From the IMG/VR virus record IMGVR_UViG_3300031994_000321: 34,344 nt of DNA. One strand, written 5' to 3'. The notes below the pieces were generated by a model. It saw only the letters and a program-made list of their open reading frames with translations, was not told where the DNA came from and did no database searches. This document shows, in pieces, positions 12,962 through 20,451 of the stretch (within the stretch, counting starts at the first letter, position 1; each line of letters begins with the position of its first letter). The position numbers and the translations under genes were made by a program. This stretch comes from a virus.

Positions 12962-13767
12962 TGACTATGGCTACCAAGAAACCCACAACAAAGAAGGCTC
13001 CGGCAAAGAAGCCGCAGCCTGTCAAGGATGACCGCATCCTTGTGGTCATTCCGTACCTCGCAAAGGCCGCTCAGGGCCGCGAAATTGCATACGCCGTCGA
13101 AGGATGGCGCAGGCACTTCAAGGAGCCGCACCACATCGTCATCGTCGGCGATGATCCGGGAATCCAGGGAGATGACATCACCTTCCTGCCCTGCCCCCGG
13201 GTTGAGGCAATCAAGGGGCAGTACCAGTGCCATATCGACCACGTAAAAAAGTTCCGCAAAGTGCGTGAGGCCTTCCCTGACAGCAAGGGTTTTATCTACA
13301 GCTGCGACGACATCTATGCAGTCAACGACTTCACCTTGGTTGAGGTGATGTTTCCGAAGATCACCGAGGACGTGATGACTTGCAGCCCGGACCACCCCAA
13401 TGCCTGGCGGCGGGATCTCTACAAGACACTCGAGCTGTGCAAGAAAAACGGACTGCCCCTGCGAAACTGGGTCTGCCACCTTCCCGTCTGGTATGAATGG
13501 GACAAGTTGCTTGCCATCTATGACAAGTACGATTGCGACCATATCAGCTATGTCATCGAGAACATCTACTTCAACACCTACGAGGCCACAAGGGTGCCTC
13601 TGATGATCAACATCAGGCACGACAACCTTCGCTGTGCTGTCTATCGGGCCAATCCGGACTGGACGATCGTAGAGGCTGCTTTTAACAACAAGATCTGGAT
13701 CAACAACAGCATTGAGGGATGGACCCCTCAACTTGATAAAAAGCTATCCGAATACTATGAAATTTAG
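12961..13767 (+). CDS. Nucleotide-sugar transferase-like protein (GT-A / Stealth-like), with a K/P/A-rich basic N-terminal tail
   Basis: ILVVIPY...GREIAYAVEGWRRHF...HIVIVGDD, FIYSCDDIYAVNDF (DXD-like) and WVCHLPVWYEW resemble the Stealth/GT conserved regions. The N-terminus is ATKKPTTKKAPAKKPQPVK. The family call rests on motifs only. Confidence 0.45.
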   Translation: MTMATKKPTTKKAPAKKPQPVKDDRILVVIPYLAKAAQGREIAYAVEGWRRHFKEPHHIVIVGDDPGIQGDDITFLPCPRVEAIKGQYQCHIDHVKKFRKVREAFPDSKGFIYSCDDIYAVNDFTLVEVMFPKITEDVMTCSPDHPNAWRRDLYKTLELCKKNGLPLRNWVCHLPVWYEWDKLLAIYDKYDCDHISYVIENIYFNTYEATRVPLMINIRHDNLRCAVYRANPDWTIVEAAFNNKIWINNSIEGWTPQLDKKLSEYYEI

Positions 13768-13791
13768 GAGACAAGAACTGATGGATAAACG

Positions 13792-14199
13792 ATGAAGGCC
13801 AACGTTAACGACAGGGTGCTTTATAACGGCGAATCGCACATAGTGCTCAGGGTGCATATTGCCTATGAGCTGGACGGCATCTGCATCCCTGTCGACGAGG
13901 ATGACATTACACTGGTGCAGACGCTGTCGGACGATGTCGTTTTGGAAGAAGTGACAAAGGCATTCGGCCTAACCGTCGGCGAGCTCCGGCAGAGAAACCG
14001 CACAAGTAAGCTCACCGCTATACGATATGCTATATACTATCACCTTCACAACCGCGAGGGTTGGAGTTATCGAAGGATTGGAAAGGCCATCCGTAGAACA
14101 CATACGGCCTGCTTTGCAGGGAGTCGTCGCTTCCAAGAATTGCTCGAAATAAATGACCGCGAGGCCATTACTCTCAATGCAAGACTCTCCAGCTTATGA
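13792..14199 (+). CDS. DnaA domain IV (Bac_DnaA_C)-like HTH protein
   Basis: VTKAFGLTVGELRQRNRTSKLTAIRYAIYYHLHNREGWSYRRIGKAIRRTHTACFAGSRRF matches the DnaA C-terminal DNA-binding domain pattern. Confidence 0.65.
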   Translation: MKANVNDRVLYNGESHIVLRVHIAYELDGICIPVDEDDITLVQTLSDDVVLEEVTKAFGLTVGELRQRNRTSKLTAIRYAIYYHLHNREGWSYRRIGKAIRRTHTACFAGSRRFQELLEINDREAITLNARLSSL

Positions 14200-14573
14200 G
14201 ACACCTTGAAGCACACTTGCAGCAGGCCTGCGTACTCTGGTTCAACTTGCAGCACCCACAGCTATACGGGCTGTTATACAGTTCGCTCAACGGCATGCGG
14301 ACGACGCCCACGCAGGCGCGGACAGCAAAGGCCGAGGGCATGATCGCCGGTGTCGCCGACCTTACACTCTCGGTGGCTCGGCACGGATATCACGGGCTGT
14401 TCATAGAGCTCAAGAATGGCAGTCGCGGGAAGCAGAGCGAGGCCCAGAAGGAATGGCAGAAGAAGGTCGAAGCACAGGGCTATCGGTACGTTGTCGTGCG
14501 TGACTTCAATACCTTCCGCAGGGCTATCGAGAGCTATCTGAATGATGTTACACAACAGAAACTATCGTTATAA
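14196..14573 (+). CDS. VRR-NUC domain nuclease
   Basis: GVADLTL...GLFIELKNGSRGKQSEAQKEW is the PD-(D/E)xK-type D...ELK...Q core of VRR-NUC. ATGA overlap upstream. Confidence 0.75.
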   Translation: MRHLEAHLQQACVLWFNLQHPQLYGLLYSSLNGMRTTPTQARTAKAEGMIAGVADLTLSVARHGYHGLFIELKNGSRGKQSEAQKEWQKKVEAQGYRYVVVRDFNTFRRAIESYLNDVTQQKLSL

Positions 14574-14576
14574 GTC

Positions 14577-15899
14577 ATGGAAATTACAAGATTACCTCTC
14601 AATAAATTAGAGCAAAACACGGGACAGCTGCCAGGACTGCCCAGCAATCCTCGCACCTGGACGCAGACAGAGATAGACCGCATCGCCAAGAGCCTCAAAG
14701 AAACCCCGGAGCTGTTTGAGATGCGGCCAGTGATTGTCGTCAAGCATAAGTCCAAGTACATTATACTGGCGGGCAACCTGCGGTATGCAGGAGCCAAGCA
14801 AAACGGCGACAAAGATGTTCCCTGCGTAATCGTCCCATCAGACTTCTCAACTGATAAGATGAAGGAGATCGTTATCAAGGATAACGGCAGCTTCGGATCC
14901 TGGGACTTTTCTGCTCTTACAAACGACTGGGGTGATAACTCGCTGGAGGATTGGGGGGTTCCTGCGTTTGATATTCCGTCTGTGGGTGAAACAAATGGAG
15001 CGGAAGACGACGTCGAGCGCAAGCGTCGGGAGTTCGAGGAGCGCATGAAGGCGGGCGAGATCAGCGAAGAAGATGAGGAGTATCAGGCCTTCCTGGATAA
15101 GTTCAAGCTCAAGAAGACTACCGACGACTGCTACACGCCTGCCGTGGTTTATGATGCCGTAGCCAAGTGGGTGGCCGACACTTACCAGCTCGATCAGGCG
15201 AAGTTCGTGCGCCCGTTTTATCCTGGAGGGGACTACCAAAGCGAGAAGTATGAGCGGGGAGCCGTGGTCGTTGATAATCCCCCGTTTTCTATCCTCGCCG
15301 AGATACTGAACTTCTACAAAGAAAAACAGATCTCGTTTTTCCTTTTTGCGCCTACGTTGACGCTGTTTTCTTCTTCTTCTTCGTCTCTGTCTTCTTCGGC
15401 TCTGCCCTGCGGCGTAGCGATAACCTACGAGAACGGGGCGAGCGTAAACACCTCATTCCTGACAAACTTGGAGCCGAAGGACGTGCGCCTGCGCTCCGTC
15501 CCTTCCTTGTATCAGGCAGTGAAGGTTGCCAACGATATAAACCTCAAAGAACTGAGAAAGGAGCTGCCCAAGTACAGCTATGACCATCACGTCATCACTG
15601 CACCCTTCGTCGGCGCTCTGTCGCGGCTCGGTATCGACTTCGTTGTGCCCGTCAATGAGAGCGAGTCCATATCGCAACTGGACGCGCAGAAGGCATCAGG
15701 CAAGGCGATCTACGGCAAAGGGTATCTCGTTTCGGAGAGAGTATTTGCAGAACGCGAGAAGGCAGAACGCGAGAAGGCAGAACGCGAGAAGGCAGAACGC
15801 GAGAAGGCAGAACGCGAGAAGGCAGAACGCGAGAAGGCAGAACGGTGGGAGCTTAGCGAGAGAGAGAGAGAGAGAGTCCTGGCGTTATCGCAACATTAG
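14577..15899 (+). CDS. ParB-like N-terminal domain fused to an N6-adenine DNA methyltransferase, with an (AEREK)n tail
   Basis: The N-terminus (PVIVVKHKSKYIILAGNLRYAGAK) is ParB/Srx-like. The MTase motif IV is VVVDNPPFS. The C-terminus carries AEREK x6-7 and SERERER. Confidence 0.8.
   Translation: MEITRLPLNKLEQNTGQLPGLPSNPRTWTQTEIDRIAKSLKETPELFEMRPVIVVKHKSKYIILAGNLRYAGAKQNGDKDVPCVIVPSDFSTDKMKEIVIKDNGSFGSWDFSALTNDWGDNSLEDWGVPAFDIPSVGETNGAEDDVERKRREFEERMKAGEISEEDEEYQAFLDKFKLKKTTDDCYTPAVVYDAVAKWVADTYQLDQAKFVRPFYPGGDYQSEKYERGAVVVDNPPFSILAEILNFYKEKQISFFLFAPTLTLFSSSSSSLSSSALPCGVAITYENGASVNTSFLTNLEPKDVRLRSVPSLYQAVKVANDINLKELRKELPKYSYDHHVITAPFVGALSRLGIDFVVPVNESESISQLDAQKASGKAIYGKGYLVSERVFAEREKAEREKAEREKAEREKAEREKAEREKAERWELSERERERVLALSQH
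15747..15851 (+). repeat. 15-bp tandem repeat (gcagaacgcgagaag x6 perfect plus 1 degenerate)
   Basis: Perfect head-to-tail units at 15747-15836. In frame, they encode AEREK. Confidence 0.95.
15858..15876 (+). repeat. (GA)9 dinucleotide microsatellite inside the MTase 3' end
   Basis: gagagagagagagagagag, located 23 nt before the stop codon. Confidence 0.9.
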
Positions 15900-15909
15900 A
15901 AACGACCAG

Positions 15910-15940
15910 AGAAACAACATACATACAAGCAGCCCGAGCC
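15910..15940 (+). repeat. 31-bp exact direct repeat, copy 1
   Basis: agaaacaacatacatacaagcagcccgagcc, identical to 16236-16266. The flanks are also similar (aacgaccag / aacgagaccga). Confidence 0.9.
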
Positions 15941-15977
15941 ACAGGAATACATGTATATGGCATAGACAAAAGACACG

Positions 15978-16220
15978 ATGGCGAATAACAAACTATACTC
16001 GGTGCTTGAGCGGCACAATGACGGAGCCTGGTGGTATCACTGCCGCACTTTTTCAAGCAGAAAAGAAGCAGAGGAGTATCTTAAAGATTGGATACCCTGG
16101 GACGAGACCAGGCCGAAAAGGGTATTTGAGCACACGAAGCCTCTGCCGCAGCAGTCTTGCTGCACCCACAACTTCCTGACATTTGAGTTTGGAGGAGCAA
16201 TACTCTGGAGAGAAAAATAA
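15978..16220 (+). CDS. Hypothetical protein (flanked by the 31-bp direct repeats)
   Basis: 80-aa ATG ORF. Its stop overlaps the HNH start (TAATG). Confidence 0.5.
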   Translation: MANNKLYSVLERHNDGAWWYHCRTFSSRKEAEEYLKDWIPWDETRPKRVFEHTKPLPQQSCCTHNFLTFEFGGAILWREK

Positions 16221-16654
16221 TGGCAACGAGACCGAAGAAACAACATACATACAAGCAGCCCGAGCCGCAAGGGTTCCTGGCTCCTGACTACCGCAGCCGG
16301 CCCGAGTACCACACTGCCCGCTGGCAGCGTCTGCGTAAGAGGTTCCTCGAACAACCCCAGCACATCTACTGCGTCCGTTGCAAGGCGCAAGGAAGATACT
16401 CGCTGGCCAAGGTTGTCGACCACATCGTCCCTGCTGAATTGTGTGAAGACTTCTGGGACGAAAGCAACCTGCAGCCGCTCTGCGAAAGGTGCAACCGAGT
16501 CAAGGGCGCGGAAGACCGGAAGCTGATCCAGAACCGCCACCAAGGGGTAGGGGGTCAAAATCTCTACGGCCAACCTCTCCAAGACCAATCCCCCGCCCTC
16601 GAAGACACACAGCCAAAATTCTCAAATTTCCCAAAAACCGACAAAAATGGGTAG
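16220..16654 (+). CDS. HNH endonuclease (terminase-associated)
   Basis: CVRCK...VDHIVP...NLQPLCERCNRVKG is the HNH/zinc-finger core. It lies immediately upstream of terS and overlaps it. Confidence 0.85.
   Translation: MATRPKKQHTYKQPEPQGFLAPDYRSRPEYHTARWQRLRKRFLEQPQHIYCVRCKAQGRYSLAKVVDHIVPAELCEDFWDESNLQPLCERCNRVKGAEDRKLIQNRHQGVGGQNLYGQPLQDQSPALEDTQPKFSNFPKTDKNG
16236..16266 (+). repeat. 31-bp exact direct repeat, copy 2 (inside the HNH 5' end)
   Basis: Identical to 15910-15940. Here it encodes KKQHTYKQPEP of the HNH protein. Confidence 0.9.
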
Positions 16655-17153
16655 ACCGAAACAGCCGCAGCAGCTGCTTGAATTGAAGGGCACGGCGAGG
16701 AAAACACGCCGCCGAATCGAAGCTATGGTCGGAATGAAGATCACGAACTTCGACCAGGTGGCTGCGCTCTGTGACTATACCCATCTGACCGATCAGGGGC
16801 AGCGCATATTTATCCGGCAATGCACCTTCTTGATCGGGATGAATGCGCTCCAGGCGCAGGATCTACAGCTGCTGCTGATATATGCTCAGAACTATGACAT
16901 CGCGTTGAGGTGTATGGAAGAAATCAACAGCGGAAAGGCGTGGTTCACACTCACCAAGAATAAGCGCGGGGAGATCGTCGCAATTCACGAATTTCCATAT
17001 CTACGTCTATTCCGCAAAGCCTGCACAATTGTCAACTCAATCGGGGGCAAGTTCGGGTTCTCACCCGCAGACCGCATCCGTATGGCGGAGCCTGCAGCCC
17101 AGAAAGAGAAGACTGACATCATGGATATATCAGCTGATGCCATTGAGATATGA
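16647..17153 (+). CDS. terS: Terminase small subunit (P27 family-like)
   Basis: The N-terminus is MGRPKQPQQLLELKGTARK and the C-terminus is GKFGFSPADRIRM, both typical of P27-family TerS. Located upstream of terL. Confidence 0.75.
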   Translation: MGRPKQPQQLLELKGTARKTRRRIEAMVGMKITNFDQVAALCDYTHLTDQGQRIFIRQCTFLIGMNALQAQDLQLLLIYAQNYDIALRCMEEINSGKAWFTLTKNKRGEIVAIHEFPYLRLFRKACTIVNSIGGKFGFSPADRIRMAEPAAQKEKTDIMDISADAIEI

Positions 17154-18838
17154 AACTTGATTACAGACAACGGATAGCCGACTATATCGATGCGGTGCAG
17201 ACGGGCCGAAGGGTTGCCGGGCACTATGAGGTGGCGGCAGTGGAGAGGCAGCTGCGTGACTTGCGGCGCCAGCGCACCGATGACTTCCCCTATTACTGGG
17301 ATGAAGCAGAGGCTATCCGTCGCTGTAACTTTTTCGCCAAGCTCCGCCACTGCAAAGGTGAATACGCAGGGAGGCCCATCATCCTCGAGGGCTGGCAGGC
17401 GTTCATAGTGGCCGTCATCTTCGGCTGGAAGCGCGTCGATAACAACTACAGGCGTTTTCTCCGTGCGGACGTCGAGACGGCCCGCAAGAATGGCAAGACC
17501 ACCCTCGCCTCCGGCATCGGCATCGAAATGATGTCGCAGGTAGAAAACGAGCCAGGTGCGGAGGTCTATGCCGCTGCCGTGGACCGCAATCAGGCCAAGC
17601 TCTGCTGGGACGGCGCGAAGCAGATCATTCAGAGCTCCACCGCACTGTCGGAGATCTTCAAATGTTACCAGTTCAGCATCGTTGATATGAGGATGGCTTC
17701 ATCCTTCAAGCCCCTGAGCAAGGACACGAAAAACAAGGATGGTCTCAATCCCTCCTGCGGCATCTGCGACGAGCGTCACGCCTGGAAAAGTAACGACATC
17801 TATGAGCTGCTTCGTACCGGCATGGGCTCGCGCAGACAGCCTCTGCTGTTCAGCATTACCACTGCCGGCTTAGATAAGAGCCTTCCGTATTTCGATGATT
17901 TGCAAAGGATGAAGGCTATCCTGGACGGCAACATCAGAGACGATCAGCAGTTCGTCATGATCTTTGAGCCGGACAAGGACGATGATTGGAAGGACGAGCG
18001 CACTTGGTATAAGGCAAATCCCAACCTGGGTGTGTCTTTCAGCATCGACTATCTCCGCAGCGAGTTTGAGGATGCAGTCCGCAAAGGTGGAGTCCGCGAG
18101 GTGCATTTCAAGACAAAAAACCTCAATATGTGGGTCGATGCTCCGGAGGTGTGGATTAACGAGGACAAAGTCAAGGCCTGCAACTACGGAACCGATGATG
18201 CGGCCCTGCTCGGTCAGGAGTGCTATGGCGGTCTCGACTTTGCGTCCCATGTCGATATAATTGCGTTTGAACTCTACTTCCCCACCTTGCCGCATAAGCC
18301 TGTCAAGAGTTACTACTGGATACCGGAGGCAAAGGTGGAGCAGGGCACAGATCTCGTGGATTATCGTGCCTGGAAAGAACAGGGCTGGATCAAGACCACT
18401 GAGGGAGAGGTGATAGACATTGACTATCTTGTCGCCGACATTCTGGCGATCTGCAAACAGTACAACGTCAAGAACATTGCCTTTGACCCTTACAAGGCGT
18501 ATCACGGCCTCATTCAGGGTCTACAGGCGGGAGGTCTCGACAGCATCCTTTCCGAATTTTCGCAGGGCATCAAGAATATGAGCGAGCCTACTAAGGAGCT
18601 TGAACGCCTCGTCACGGCTGGCGAGATAGATCTGATGGGCAACCCGATACTGCAATGGATGTTCCGCAATGTTACTCCTTACTACGACCCGAACGATAAT
18701 ATCAAGTTGTTTAAGGGGAAGGCCAGGAACAAGATAGACGGTGTCATCGCCCTCGTCAACGCCGTCGGCGGCTATATGGCCGAAATGGTCAATCACAAAC
18801 CGATATATCAGACGCACACGTTACGGATACTGCCATGA
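17150..18838 (+). CDS. terL: Terminase large subunit
   Basis: 562 aa with a Walker A-like ARKNGKTT. Length and order (terS-terL-portal) are typical. ATGA overlap with terS. Confidence 0.9.
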   Translation: MKLDYRQRIADYIDAVQTGRRVAGHYEVAAVERQLRDLRRQRTDDFPYYWDEAEAIRRCNFFAKLRHCKGEYAGRPIILEGWQAFIVAVIFGWKRVDNNYRRFLRADVETARKNGKTTLASGIGIEMMSQVENEPGAEVYAAAVDRNQAKLCWDGAKQIIQSSTALSEIFKCYQFSIVDMRMASSFKPLSKDTKNKDGLNPSCGICDERHAWKSNDIYELLRTGMGSRRQPLLFSITTAGLDKSLPYFDDLQRMKAILDGNIRDDQQFVMIFEPDKDDDWKDERTWYKANPNLGVSFSIDYLRSEFEDAVRKGGVREVHFKTKNLNMWVDAPEVWINEDKVKACNYGTDDAALLGQECYGGLDFASHVDIIAFELYFPTLPHKPVKSYYWIPEAKVEQGTDLVDYRAWKEQGWIKTTEGEVIDIDYLVADILAICKQYNVKNIAFDPYKAYHGLIQGLQAGGLDSILSEFSQGIKNMSEPTKELERLVTAGEIDLMGNPILQWMFRNVTPYYDPNDNIKLFKGKARNKIDGVIALVNAVGGYMAEMVNHKPIYQTHTLRILP

Positions 18839-19047
18839 AGATACCCGATGCCATCGAACTTGTGACTTTTAGAGGATTCACCGAAGCCTTCTGGCGGATC
18901 TACGGGGAAGGCGGAAAGTGCCAGGAGGAGGTTTACCTGATGCTCGACCAGATTTATTTTGATTACTTCGGGGAGCATCGTTTTTCGACTTTCGATGCTT
19001 ATCGAAAATACAGGGACAGACAACTGAAAAAAAAGAGGCAGAAATAA
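18835..19047 (+). CDS. Hypothetical small protein
   Basis: 70 aa with an ATGA overlap with terL and a basic C-terminus. Confidence 0.55.
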   Translation: MKIPDAIELVTFRGFTEAFWRIYGEGGKCQEEVYLMLDQIYFDYFGEHRFSTFDAYRKYRDRQLKKKRQK

Positions 19048-19055
19048 CTGCCTCT
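19034..19055. terminator. Hairpin with flanking A- and T-tracts (bidirectional terminator-like)
   Basis: agaggcag (19034-19041) pairs with ctgcctct (19048-19055). It is preceded by AAAAAAAA and followed by TATTT. Confidence 0.6.
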
Positions 19056-19180
19056 TATTTGTCTGCGCTGATATAGCTCTGCACCAGCTCGTCGACTGCT
19101 TCGCCCAGACCTACCCCCTGTCGGGTTGCGATAAAAGTTGAGGGCTCGATCATTTAATTGGCGTCAATAAAATGATAAAA

Positions 19181-19194
19181 GGACAAATGTCCGC
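19181..19194. promoter_or_regulatory. Palindromic site GGACAAATGTCCGC, copy 1 (49 nt upstream of the portal ATG)
   Basis: The same 14-mer recurs at 30791-30804. The core ggaca-aa-tgtcc is an inverted repeat. Confidence 0.5.
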
Positions 19195-19242
19195 TCCCCA
19201 ACGAGGTGTGCTGCTCAAATTTGATACGAGCAACACATCTAT

Positions 19243-20451
19243 ATGGGACTTTTTGACATTTTCAGAAGAAAGAAACCGGATCAAAGGGCCGTACTCCACG
19301 GAACGGAGGAGTCATACAGGCGCTTCCGTGAGCCGCTGTCCGACTTTGGACTGACCGTCAGCAACGATGCAGCCCTCAAGATGACTGCCTACTATGCCGG
19401 AATCCGTCTGATCTCAGAAAATATAGCTGCACTCCCCAAGCGCATCTATCGCAACGAGAAAAACGGAGACCTCTCCCCCGTCGACAATGCAGTGAGCCGG
19501 GCCGTCGGTGTCCGTCCCAACGCTTATACAAATTCCTTCGACTTCTGGTTCACGATGGTGGCCTGGCTCCTTAACCGGGGCAACGCCTACGCCCTGATCC
19601 GGTGGGACCAGGAAACCGGAGAGGTAGAGCTGCACCAAGTCTTCCCGGACTACGTTACTCCAGTCATTGTCAAAGGTCACAAGTGGTTTCATGTGGCACT
19701 GCCGACAACCGACAGCCGCACGTTTCTCAATGGCGACTATCCGGACTATCGGATGCTGCACTTTATGCAGTTCACGATGGACGGCGTCTCGGGGCTCAAC
19801 CCGGTCCTCTACAATGCCATCGCCCTGAGCAAGGGCGCGGCAATGGAGCGTTTTATTGCAAGATTCTTCAAGGCCGGCGGCGACAAGCGGGCCGTGCTGG
19901 AGATGGACGGTCAGATGGGCGATGAAGCTTACAATAAATTCCTGGCCCGCTACAACGAAACCGGCTCCGGGGGCACACCCCTCCTGGAATACGGCATCAA
20001 GTTCAAGCAGGTCAACGTAGATCCCGTAACAGCAGCCCTCATCGAAAGCGAGACATTTAGTATCGACGATATAGCGCGGATGCTCAACATCCCTCCCCAC
20101 ATGTTGGCGGAGCTCACACACGCCACCTTCAGCAACATCGAGCATCAGACAATCCAGTTCGTGCAGTACACCCTTCGTCCGCTGGTCAAGCGCATGGAGG
20201 TCGAGCTGGAGGGTAAGATGTTCTACTTCCCCGGACACAGCGTCAAGTTCGTTCTGGAAGGCCTCCTGCGAGGCGACACTCAGGCGCGGTCGCAGTTCTA
20301 TCACGGTGCAATCCTCGACGGCTGGATGAGCCGGAACGAGGTCCGCAAGATGGAGGGTCTCCCGAAGGCGGAAGGACTTGACGATTACCTCTACCCCACC
20401 AACGAGATGAAGGTAGGAGATGAACCGAATAACACACAATCACAGCAATGA
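19243..20451 (+). CDS. Portal protein (HK97 family)
   Basis: 402 aa, in the position after the terminase. The sequence pattern is typical of Phage_portal (LLNRGNAYALI..., FFKAGGDKRAVLE). Confidence 0.85.
   Translation: MGLFDIFRRKKPDQRAVLHGTEESYRRFREPLSDFGLTVSNDAALKMTAYYAGIRLISENIAALPKRIYRNEKNGDLSPVDNAVSRAVGVRPNAYTNSFDFWFTMVAWLLNRGNAYALIRWDQETGEVELHQVFPDYVTPVIVKGHKWFHVALPTTDSRTFLNGDYPDYRMLHFMQFTMDGVSGLNPVLYNAIALSKGAAMERFIARFFKAGGDKRAVLEMDGQMGDEAYNKFLARYNETGSGGTPLLEYGIKFKQVNVDPVTAALIESETFSIDDIARMLNIPPHMLAELTHATFSNIEHQTIQFVQYTLRPLVKRMEVELEGKMFYFPGHSVKFVLEGLLRGDTQARSQFYHGAILDGWMSRNEVRKMEGLPKAEGLDDYLYPTNEMKVGDEPNNTQSQQ

Noticed and set aside
12865-13731. 288-aa minus-strand ORF opposite the transferase-like gene
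   Set aside because: It is a shadow ORF. The + strand product has recognisable motifs and fits the operon, whereas the minus-strand product is low-information (V/D/L/G-rich).
15580-16179. 199-aa alternative-frame ORF (RRQNA repeats) running through the MTase tail and the next gene
   Set aside because: It is kept open by the 15-bp repeat. It has no independent start context and an implausible, basic, low-complexity product. It is only relevant as the frame that would be entered after a GA-tract slip.
19414-20439. 341-aa minus-strand ORF opposite the portal gene. Similar antisense ORFs lie at 433-1110, 17870-18505, 24401-25084, 25940-26659 and 29284-29856.
   Set aside because: All lie antisense to genes with clear family signatures (portal, endolysin, TerL, chaperone, tape measure). 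They are typical long antisense frames in roughly 55-60% GC coding DNA.
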